From the IMG/VR virus record IMGVR_UViG_3300023184_000024, positions 248,001 to 312,000 of that record: 64,000 nucleotides of DNA; one strand, 5' to 3'. The notes under the pieces are model-generated. The model was not told the origin of the DNA and ran no database searches. It saw only the letters and a list, made by a program, of their open reading frames with translations. Shown piece by piece: positions 56,763 through 64,000 of this stretch. Both the position numbers and the translations under genes were made by a program. Numbering within the stretch: the first letter of the stretch is position 1; each line of letters begins with the position of its first letter.

Positions 56763-57262
56763 TCAACGACAAGCAGTTACGTAAATTAGAACAAATTGTT
56801 CGACCCGAATTTGATGCAATTGAACACAACAGCATTTTAGAAAACGCCCACGGATACACAGTATTTAAAAACTATCTAATTAACACTGATGCGAACACAG
56901 TTACAGTGACAAAACACGGTCAGGATATTGGTAATTTCACCAGCCCAAGGATAGCCATAAGCTGGTGTATTGCTGACAAGTATAATCAACAGCGTTTGGC
57001 TCGCGAGATTAAAAATATAGATTTACAACGCAGATTGTTAACCGATGATGTGCATGTAAGAACACAGATTGCTAAGAAATGTTCTGATTCAGAACGCAGG
57101 GAAACCATGTTTCTTAAGGTGAGTAGTAAACAGTTAATTCTGTCAACACTTAATCATCAAATAGATAAATGTGTAAAATTAACTAAATATTGGCAAATAA
57201 GAGGATTTGATAATGAAATTGCACGAATTAAGCGCACACAACCGCTCCGAACAAATCGCTAA
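56759..57262 (+). CDS. Hypothetical protein
   Basis: 167-aa ORF, ATGA-coupled. Confidence 0.7.
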   Translation: MINDKQLRKLEQIVRPEFDAIEHNSILENAHGYTVFKNYLINTDANTVTVTKHGQDIGNFTSPRIAISWCIADKYNQQRLAREIKNIDLQRRLLTDDVHVRTQIAKKCSDSERRETMFLKVSSKQLILSTLNHQIDKCVKLTKYWQIRGFDNEIARIKRTQPLRTNR

Positions 57263-58079
57263 GATTTTCGAGAGTCACCTAGGTGGAAAAATTGATTTTA
57301 ATCGATTTGCTCCTGCACACGCCCGTCAACTACTGACCAAGGTTCGTGCACTGGTACGTGAACACCAAAGTACTCCCAAATTTTACACCAGCGAAAATAA
57401 TCCAGCCTACCTTAAACTTGTAATGATGGAACAAGCATTGGTTTCCAAGATTGAAGAAATGGAAGCGCCGATGATTGGCATTGACATGAATGATCCCAAG
57501 ACCAAGCAAATCATGGACAAGGCCGGCAAAGGGCAAAATTTAACTCCCGATGAGCAAAAAGTTATCACTGCTGTTGCTACCATGAAAAAAGAAGGCACCA
57601 AGCCTGGCATGAAACGCATGGTCAAAGAAAGTGAATTGCAACAAGCACAAGTTGTGTTGGCTGCACAAGACATGATTGATCGTATTCAGAAAATGACTGA
57701 AGAGATCAGTGAAATGCAGTTCAAGGACCTGCCAGCATTGGCAGACTCAATTAAAAATGATCCTGCACAAGGTCCAGAAAAAGCAACCCAGTTCCAGTCC
57801 ACAGCATCGGCTGCGTTAAGCACACTGTTGACCAGTGTACAACAAGGCAAGACTGAATTAGAGGCCGCACAAAATGTATTGACTGGCCAAGCCCCATCGG
57901 TTCCGGGTCAAGACGATCTCGGATTACCGCCCGGCGGAGCAGCCGAGCCTGATGACAGCATGGATAACTTAGACATTGATGCTGACTTAGAAGTAGATGC
58001 AGATGCGGATACAACATTGGTTCCACCCGACGATGAACCGGTAGACAACAAGGCAGCCTTGGGTCGCGGCCGCAGATAA
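57213..58079 (+). CDS. Putative prohead core/scaffold-like protein
   Basis: MKLHEL start, MVKES site, coiled coil, very acidic P/D-rich tail; TAAATA at 57184 and GAGGA RBS. Confidence 0.55.
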   Translation: MKLHELSAHNRSEQIAKIFESHLGGKIDFNRFAPAHARQLLTKVRALVREHQSTPKFYTSENNPAYLKLVMMEQALVSKIEEMEAPMIGIDMNDPKTKQIMDKAGKGQNLTPDEQKVITAVATMKKEGTKPGMKRMVKESELQQAQVVLAAQDMIDRIQKMTEEISEMQFKDLPALADSIKNDPAQGPEKATQFQSTASAALSTLLTSVQQGKTELEAAQNVLTGQAPSVPGQDDLGLPPGGAAEPDDSMDNLDIDADLEVDADADTTLVPPDDEPVDNKAALGRGRR

Positions 58080-58080
58080 A

Positions 58081-58416
58081 ATGCGCATTAACGAAGTCGA
58101 GACTCAGAACGCTAATCCTGAAAAGTTATTGGCGTTATCTCAATTCCTGCTTGATCGAGCAAAAGATGAATCTGCTGTTAAAAAAATATCAACTGATGCT
58201 TTTTTAAATATAGCACAAGGGATGAAAATTAATTTAACTGCTGATCAACTGACCAGATTGGCACAACAAGAACCGTTGAACAATGTCATTGCCAGCATCA
58301 ACAACGGTGAAATTATTTTCAAAGGTGGCGAAGTTCCGGCCGACGACATGTCAGTGGACAAGGCCAGAGATACTGTGAATAAAATGGCCAAACGGGCCGC
58401 AAGTAAAGGACTGTAA
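58081..58416 (+). CDS. Putative internal/core protein
   Basis: MRINE start (I-x-E). Confidence 0.6.
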   Translation: MRINEVETQNANPEKLLALSQFLLDRAKDESAVKKISTDAFLNIAQGMKINLTADQLTRLAQQEPLNNVIASINNGEIIFKGGEVPADDMSVDKARDTVNKMAKRAASKGL

Positions 58417-58417
58417 T

Positions 58418-58534
58418 ATGTTAGAAACTTTATTTTGGTTATTGATAGGAGCCTTGATTGGTTGGCATTTTCCCGAACCATCGTGGGCAAAAACACTAAA
58501 ACAAAAAGTACTTGACTTATTCCAAAAAAAATAG
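58418..58534 (+). CDS. Small membrane protein, 38 aa
   Basis: Not in the track. MLETLFWLLIGALIGWHFPEPSWAKTLKQKVLDLFQKK. Confidence 0.65.
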   Translation: MLETLFWLLIGALIGWHFPEPSWAKTLKQKVLDLFQKK

Positions 58535-58540
58535 TATAAT
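58512..58540 (+). promoter_or_regulatory. sigma70-type promoter upstream of the isc-containing gene run
   Basis: TTGACT, N17, TATAAT. Confidence 0.8.
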
Positions 58541-58546
58541 AACTCT

Positions 58547-59170
58547 ATGAACAGTTATTGTGCCATTGATGGAATACTACTTTGGGCCATGCTACCCGAT
58601 ATACCTGTGATGCCACAACATGTAGTGGATGACATATTGGGGAAAACAGAAACCAATACAACCGAACGCACCTATCATGCTCGTGGCCAAGTAGTCTCTG
58701 AATCCAAATTGGTCACTCATGACATGAGCCCGATTGTTAATTTAGGATTTGAATGGGTGCGAGAACACATTGATGCAGATGCCAAAAGTGTTTGGCGAGC
58801 AGACTTTCCTGGCGATTCTAAGAAAGTACCTGCACACACAGATGCTCGTCGAGAGCACGGAGTTAATTGTATTTTTACCACTGGCAGTTTGCAACCGGTT
58901 AAAACACAATTTTACAAACCTCGTGGTAGCAAAGAACTTGCTTTATCACAAAAAGGTTTGTGGTTCATTGACGAGTCTGAACTAGAAGTAATTGAAGAAG
59001 TAGAATTTCCGCTCAGCAAGTGGTGGTATATTAACACTCGTGTTATACATGGTACCAACCTTGCCAACTTAACCAGTGTTAGAAGTACTTGTGGTATTGG
59101 GTATAATAACGCTCTTGGCACTAACGTGCAACAAATGCTAGATCCAATTTACAAAAGGATTAAATTATGA
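58547..59170 (+). CDS. Cupin/2OG-oxygenase-like hypothetical protein
   Basis: VPAHTD (HxD) and a distal INTRVIHG. Confidence 0.5.
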   Translation: MNSYCAIDGILLWAMLPDIPVMPQHVVDDILGKTETNTTERTYHARGQVVSESKLVTHDMSPIVNLGFEWVREHIDADAKSVWRADFPGDSKKVPAHTDARREHGVNCIFTTGSLQPVKTQFYKPRGSKELALSQKGLWFIDESELEVIEEVEFPLSKWWYINTRVIHGTNLANLTSVRSTCGIGYNNALGTNVQQMLDPIYKRIKL

Positions 59171-59505
59171 AAAAAGCAATCGCAGTAGTATTTTTAACAG
59201 TGTTATCTTTGTCAGCGTTTGCTGGGCCACACGGATATCATGGATCCGGACTCAGAGTGCAACATCACGGACACGTTGTACATAGTAGCCATTGGAGACA
59301 TCACAGCGGAGGTTGGAACTGGATGGTGCCAGCAATCATTGGCGGCGCAGTTGTTTATGAAATATCTAAAAATCAACCACCGCAATCACCGCCGCCTGTT
59401 ATAGTACAACAACAAACAGTGCTGCCACAGCAAAATTGTAGTCCTTGGACCGAGACTCAACACTCTGACGGTTCAATAACACGGACAAGAACATGCGCAC
59501 AATGA
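59167..59505 (+). CDS. Exported/membrane His-rich protein
   Basis: Signal peptide MKKAIAVVFLTVLSLSAFA; HGYHG...HHGH...HWRHH; hydrophobic WMVPAIIGGAVVY. Confidence 0.7.
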   Translation: MKKAIAVVFLTVLSLSAFAGPHGYHGSGLRVQHHGHVVHSSHWRHHSGGWNWMVPAIIGGAVVYEISKNQPPQSPPPVIVQQQTVLPQQNCSPWTETQHSDGSITRTRTCAQ

Positions 59506-59609
59506 CATTAAACAAAATAGCCATTGTTCCTGTTGCAGTAATCAGCACTTATCTTTTATATAAGATAGGACTCGAGCTATGGTGCATAGCATATGGATTG
59601 GTAAATTAA
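59502..59609 (+). CDS. Small membrane peptide, 35 aa
   Basis: Not in the track. MTLNKIAIVPVAVISTYLLYKIGLELWCIAYGLVN; fills the gap exactly. Confidence 0.55.
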   Translation: MTLNKIAIVPVAVISTYLLYKIGLELWCIAYGLVN

Positions 59610-60002
59610 ATGTCATACTCAGAAAAAGTTATTGACCACTATGAAAATCCCAGGAATGTCGGATCTTTTGACAAGAGTGATACTGATATTGGTACTGGTA
59701 TGGTTGGCGCACCTGCTTGCGGCGATGTAATGAAATTACAAATAAAGGTGGACAATGTTACAGGTATTATTACAGATGCAAAATTTAAAACGTATGGCTG
59801 CGGATCGGCTATTGCGAGTTCGAGCCTCATCACAGAATGGGTCAAAGGAAAAACCATTGACGAAGCCGGATCAATCAAAAACTCCGAAATTGCCGAAGAA
59901 CTAGCGTTACCCCCAGTTAAGATACATTGTAGCATATTAGCAGAAGATGCCATCAAAGCCGCAGTAGCAGACTACAAACTACGTCATGATATCGGTAACT
60001 GA
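59610..60002 (+). CDS. iscU: Fe-S cluster scaffold IscU
   Basis: YSEKVIDHYENPRNVG, GAPACGDVM, YGCGSAIASSS, LPPVKIHCS. Confidence 0.95.
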   Translation: MSYSEKVIDHYENPRNVGSFDKSDTDIGTGMVGAPACGDVMKLQIKVDNVTGIITDAKFKTYGCGSAIASSSLITEWVKGKTIDEAGSIKNSEIAEELALPPVKIHCSILAEDAIKAAVADYKLRHDIGN

Positions 60003-60309
60003 AAAAGCCGCATGCCGGATTAAAACAGCATTAGCAAAAAGAGGCCAAGGCCTAGGCATACAAGTTGGAGTTAAAACCACTGGATGCTCAGGACTTGCGT
60101 ATGTGTTAGAGTATGTGGATAACCCTAATTTACATTGTGTTCAGCACTATGACAGCAATGGTGTACGAGTGTTTATAGATCCTAAAAATCGTCCTTACCT
60201 TGAAGGAATGACCATTGATTTTGTACGCAATGGTCTTAATGAAGGGTTTGAATTTGTTAACCCCAATGAACGCGATCGATGTGGTTGCGGAGAAAGTTTC
60301 AGAGTTTAA
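59986..60309 (+). CDS. iscA: Fe-S cluster carrier IscA
   Basis: GVKTTGCSGLAY, IDF...G..EGF.F.NPN, CGCGESF. Confidence 0.95.
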   Translation: MISVTEKAACRIKTALAKRGQGLGIQVGVKTTGCSGLAYVLEYVDNPNLHCVQHYDSNGVRVFIDPKNRPYLEGMTIDFVRNGLNEGFEFVNPNERDRCGCGESFRV

Positions 60310-60310
60310 T

Positions 60311-61024
60311 TTGTATAATCCAAAATTTGATTATAAGTCCATACCAAGAGTCACAATTGAAGGAAAAAGATTTTATTCCACGCCCGATGGCAACAATCTG
60401 CCAAGTGTGACAACGATACTTGACAAAACCAAAAGCGAAGAAAAAAAGCAGATTCTAGAGCAGTGGCGCCGCCGTGTTGGATATGAAAAGGCACAGCAAA
60501 TCACCACGGAAGCTGCCAATCGCGGCACACGTATGCATACGTATCTAGAACAGTATGTGCGTGATGGTGCTATCAAAGATCCAGGCAGCAATCCCTATAC
60601 ATGGCCCAGCCATGCCATGGCCAAAGTTGTTGTAGACAAAGGTTTAAAGAATGTAAGTGAGTTCTGGGGCATTGAAGTACCCTTGTACTTTCCGGGGATC
60701 TATGCAGGCACAACAGATGGCGCTGGCATCCATTTAAATGAAGAAGCCATACTAGATTACAAGCAAACCAACAAACCCAAAAAACGCGAATGGATTGACG
60801 ATTATTTTGTGCAATTGTGTGCGTATGCCGAAGCACACAACGAAATACACGGAACAAAAATACGCAAAGGTGTGGTACTGATGTGCGTTAAACCTGATCT
60901 AGACGAACAGTTTAACATTATTAAACCCCCGGAGTATCAGGAGTTTGTATTAGAAGGCGCAGAGTTTGACAAATATCGCGATTTGTGGTGGCGCAAGGTC
61001 GAAGAATTTTATCTTCAACACTGA
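60311..61024 (+). CDS. PD-(D/E)xK exonuclease
   Basis: Likely TTG start at 60311. PSVTTIL, RGTRMH, AGTTD, ILDYKQ, QLCAY. Confidence 0.8.
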   Translation: MYNPKFDYKSIPRVTIEGKRFYSTPDGNNLPSVTTILDKTKSEEKKQILEQWRRRVGYEKAQQITTEAANRGTRMHTYLEQYVRDGAIKDPGSNPYTWPSHAMAKVVVDKGLKNVSEFWGIEVPLYFPGIYAGTTDGAGIHLNEEAILDYKQTNKPKKREWIDDYFVQLCAYAEAHNEIHGTKIRKGVVLMCVKPDLDEQFNIIKPPEYQEFVLEGAEFDKYRDLWWRKVEEFYLQH

Positions 61025-61086
61025 ATAGTGTTGTCTGTTTGGGATTGAAATCCTGAATAAATAACAACACAATACGGATCTCAAAC

Positions 61087-62640
61087 ATGGCAATATTACA
61101 AATATCGCGGATTACCAATAGAAAAGGGCTAACCGAAAACCTACCACAGCTCTCTGGTGCTGAATTAGGCTGGTGCATCGATAGCCGCCGTTTATTCATC
61201 GGCAATGGAACATTACAAGACGGCGCACCTGTAATTGGAAATACTGAACTTTTAACTCAATTTTCTGATATCTCGGGACTCAGCACTTACACTTACAAAG
61301 ATGTGGTAGTCGGCTACACTGCACAAACAGGCCCTACTCCCAACACTCCAGTGGTAAGAACAGTACAAGCAAAACTTGATGACTTTGCTGATGTGCGCGA
61401 CTTTGGAGCAGTGGGTGATGGAGTCGCCGATGATACAGATGCTATCAATCGTGCATTGTATCAATTGTACTGCCGTGAAAACAATTCGCAAATTAGAAGA
61501 ACTTTGTATTTTCCAGCAGGAACATACCGCGTCAGTGAATCTATTGTCATTCCCACTTATGCAAAATTAGTAGGTGAAGGCGCCAATTGTTCAATAATCT
61601 ACTTAGACGTGCAGGGCGGCACTGTTCCTGACTACGTGGCCAGATACGGCGACAGTCGCCAGCAGACTGGTCCTAACATTGGCAACAATGGAGCCGTTGC
61701 ACCAAGAAACATTGAAATATCTAGCATGACATTTCAAAGTTTGGAGTACACTGATATTTTCTTTGTTGAAATGGCAAGTCAGTGTTATTTTGATAGCGTA
61801 AATTTCATTGGTATTGTTACCACAGAAGAAATCATTGACCCTGGATTTAATCCAGCATTTGACAATTACTCTGGAGTGAAATTTAACAGCAATGGAACAC
61901 TGATAACCAATCAACTTACATTTGACAAATGTTTATTTTCAAATTTAACTTATGGTATTTACGGAGACGTTGTCACTGAAAGTATCACAGTAAGCAATGG
62001 CAAGTTTGACACACTGTACCAAGGAATATATCTTGACATTGATATCACTGGTTTCCGTGCTCTGAGCAACATGTTTGACAACATCTATGCTGAAGGTGTT
62101 TACTTCAACGATGTCAGTATGAATATGACTGCACACAACGCATTTTATAATGTGGGATGCGCGATAGGCAGTAGCTCTCCGACATCACCAATGATTACAT
62201 TTTACAACGACAACAATGTATCACTCAGTGACATGTTTGAAAGATCCGATGTTGATGCTAACACGTACCCAAGAGTAAGTATTTTAGGCAGCACGTCAGT
62301 GACTGGCGGCACACAAATTCAACTTGGAAGATATGCTCGAGAAGTTGGTCACACTGCCAGCTTGACCAACAACACACTCAGCGCCACAACAATTTTTACT
62401 ATTAATACTTTGTTTATTAAGGCATTCACAATTGATTATACAATTACTCGTACCGGTATTACAAGGACCGGGGCAATGAAAGTAACAGGTTCTAACTATG
62501 ATGACGAGTTTTCACAAGATGGGGCCACTGGCGTTACTCTTTCGGCTACAAAATCGGGAAACACAGTGTCAGTAAAATACACAACCACCAACACTGGCGA
62601 TAACGCTATTTTCACTTACTCTATATCACACCTTGCTTGA
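61087..62640 (+). CDS. Tail fibre/spike-like protein with a pectate-lyase-3 beta-helix
   Basis: GAELGWCIDSRRLFIGNG N-terminal module; VRDFGAVGDGVADDTDAINRA, LYFPAGTY; TAAATA at 61058. Confidence 0.75.
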   Translation: MAILQISRITNRKGLTENLPQLSGAELGWCIDSRRLFIGNGTLQDGAPVIGNTELLTQFSDISGLSTYTYKDVVVGYTAQTGPTPNTPVVRTVQAKLDDFADVRDFGAVGDGVADDTDAINRALYQLYCRENNSQIRRTLYFPAGTYRVSESIVIPTYAKLVGEGANCSIIYLDVQGGTVPDYVARYGDSRQQTGPNIGNNGAVAPRNIEISSMTFQSLEYTDIFFVEMASQCYFDSVNFIGIVTTEEIIDPGFNPAFDNYSGVKFNSNGTLITNQLTFDKCLFSNLTYGIYGDVVTESITVSNGKFDTLYQGIYLDIDITGFRALSNMFDNIYAEGVYFNDVSMNMTAHNAFYNVGCAIGSSSPTSPMITFYNDNNVSLSDMFERSDVDANTYPRVSILGSTSVTGGTQIQLGRYAREVGHTASLTNNTLSATTIFTINTLFIKAFTIDYTITRTGITRTGAMKVTGSNYDDEFSQDGATGVTLSATKSGNTVSVKYTTTNTGDNAIFTYSISHLA

Positions 62641-63065
62641 TGTGGCCTGTACTATTTGAAGAACGACTCAGTAGTTGGGTCCATCTTCGCCAGCATGCAC
62701 CAACTCAGGACATTGAGTCAATGTTGCACGATGTTAATCTTTGGTGGGGGTGTTGTCCGACAGTAAATAGACATTTACACTGGGACGACAAGTCAAATTG
62801 GCCAAGTCCCTGGGAATTATTATCCGATAATAACTTTTGTAATCTTGCAAAAGCACTAGGAATAGTGTATACTTTATTAATGGTAGAGCATCCAGATGTA
62901 AAACAAATACAAATAGCACAGACCGATGAAGACAATTTAGTCCTGGTCAACAATGGGAAATATACACTGAATTGGGCACCACGAGAAGTTGTAAATATCG
63001 AATCCGTTAATACTAGCATCAAGAAAACCATTGATGCCAGTGAGCTCATCCATTTTATCAAATAA
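62637..63065 (+). CDS. Hypothetical protein
   Basis: 142-aa ORF (WPSPWELL..N.FC), coupled to the previous gene. Confidence 0.7.
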   Translation: MMWPVLFEERLSSWVHLRQHAPTQDIESMLHDVNLWWGCCPTVNRHLHWDDKSNWPSPWELLSDNNFCNLAKALGIVYTLLMVEHPDVKQIQIAQTDEDNLVLVNNGKYTLNWAPREVVNIESVNTSIKKTIDASELIHFIK

Positions 63066-63072
63066 AACAACA

Positions 63073-64000
63073 ATGACACAAATACAAGTACAAAAAAGAG
63101 ACGGGCAACGAGAGCCGTTAGACATAGAAAAGCTTCACAAAGTAGTTTTTTGGGCCACACAAGGAATCACAGGAGTATCAGCAAGCGAAGTTGAAATAAA
63201 AAGCCACATTCAATTTTACAATGGCATTAAAACCGCAGACATACAAGAAACATTAATTAAATCTGCCGCTGATCTTATCAGTGAAGAAACACCAAATTAT
63301 CAATATGTAGCCGGCCGACTAATCAGTTATCACATTCGTAAACAAGTGTATGGTACCTATCAACCTTGCAGTGTTTATGAACTAGTCAAACAGAACGTAG
63401 ACAATGGATTTTATGATCCTGAATTATTGCAATCATACACTGAAGAAGAATGGAATAGAATCAACGGATTTGTTCGACATGACAGAGATGAAGAGTTAAC
63501 GTATGCTGCCATGGAACAATTTCGTAGCAAGTATCTAGTTCAAAACAGAGTGACCAAGGTATTGTACGAAACTCCGCAGATGGCTTACATCTTAATTGCT
63601 GCCACATTGTTTAGCAGTTACTCCAAAGACACTCGATTGATGTGGATCAAAGATTATTATGATGCAATCAGCACACATCAGATTAGCCTGCCAACTCCGG
63701 TCATGGCCGGTGTAAGAACACCGCAACGACAATTTTCCAGCTGTGTGTTGATTGAAACAGATGATAGTCTTGACAGCATCAACGCCACTGTGGCCAGTGT
63801 GGTCAAGTATGTGAGTCAAAAAGCTGGAATTGGAATTGGCGGTAGCAGAATACGTGCACTCGGCAGCCCCATTCGCAACGGAGATGCTTACCATACAGGA
63901 GTCATTCCTTTTTATAAATTGTTTCAAGCAGCCACTCGTAGTTGCAGTCAAGGCGGAGTGCGCAACGGTGCCGCGACACTTTACTATCCAATCTGGCACT
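63073..64000 (+). CDS. nrdA: Ribonucleotide reductase class Ia alpha subunit (partial, runs off the right edge)
   Basis: Not in the track. Manual translation gives the ATP-cone MTQIQVQKRDG, then PTPVMAGVRTP.RQFSSCVLI, AGIGIG, CSQGGVRNGAATLYYPIWH; frame uninterrupted. Confidence 0.93.
   Translation, partial: MTQIQVQKRDGQREPLDIEKLHKVVFWATQGITGVSASEVEIKSHIQFYNGIKTADIQETLIKSAADLISEETPNYQYVAGRLISYHIRKQVYGTYQPCSVYELVKQNVDNGFYDPELLQSYTEEEWNRINGFVRHDRDEELTYAAMEQFRSKYLVQNRVTKVLYETPQMAYILIAATLFSSYSKDTRLMWIKDYYDAISTHQISLPTPVMAGVRTPQRQFSSCVLIETDDSLDSINATVASVVKYVSQKAGIGIGGSRIRALGSPIRNGDAYHTGVIPFYKLFQAATRSCSQGGVRNGAATLYYPIWH

Noticed and set aside
60311-61024. Cas4 or CRISPR-associated function for the PD-(D/E)xK nuclease beside iscU/iscA
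   Set aside because: No four-Cys Fe-S motif and no cas genes or array nearby; it reads as an ordinary phage exonuclease.
725-63999. Numerous antisense and alternate-frame ORFs in the track (e.g. 725-1063, 4266-4694, 13160-13552, 36368-37051, 42259-42582, 63592-63999)
   Set aside because: They shadow well-supported genes on the other strand or frame, lack an RBS or promoter, and show no motifs.
1-64000. Stop-codon reassignment (TAG/TGA recoding), known in some large phages
   Set aside because: Core genes are full length in the standard code, and TAG and TGA both end genes at sensible positions (e.g. 28652, 33228, 45792, 58534; many ATGA overlaps).
1-64000. tRNA, rRNA or CRISPR arrays
   Set aside because: No cloverleaf or repeat-spacer array seen; GGTTCGA-like hits (e.g. 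about 10507 and 15981) fall inside coding regions. A tRNAscan run would be definitive.

Overview
This window is a gene-dense segment of a large T4-like (contractile-tailed) bacteriophage genome in the standard genetic code. It holds three main blocks. (1) Morphogenesis: neck gp13, a probable partial gp14, tail sheath, tail tube, gp4, terminase small and large subunits, and many acidic proteins carrying L/I-x-E motifs. (2) Replication and recombination: gp32 SSB, UvsX, UvsY, UvsW, primase, DnaB/gp41 helicase, a gp62-like protein, a 189-aa mini DnaE, DexA, dNMP kinase and a partial NrdA. (3) Accessory genes: an 11-gene glycosyl/methyl-transferase island, four SGNH-like and two GT10-motif paralogues wedged between core genes, iscU-iscA, a radical SAM enzyme, 2OG-Fe(II)-like oxygenases, a signal-peptide nuclease and two free-standing endonucleases. 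Two promoter classes are visible: consensus sigma70 (TTGACN-N17-TATAAT) and a T4-late-like TAAATA, often only 4-6 nt upstream of the ATG. The strongest leads are a protein fusing a pol-beta-type nucleotidyltransferase to a KxDG ligase-like domain with capsid-protease-type motifs, a minimal Pol III core that keeps all three catalytic Asp, a GC-rich multi-pseudoknot RNA candidate just upstream of terL, and a glycan pathway under late-type promoters. No tRNA, rRNA or CRISPR array was seen. All protein calls come from motif recognition by eye; no database search was run.
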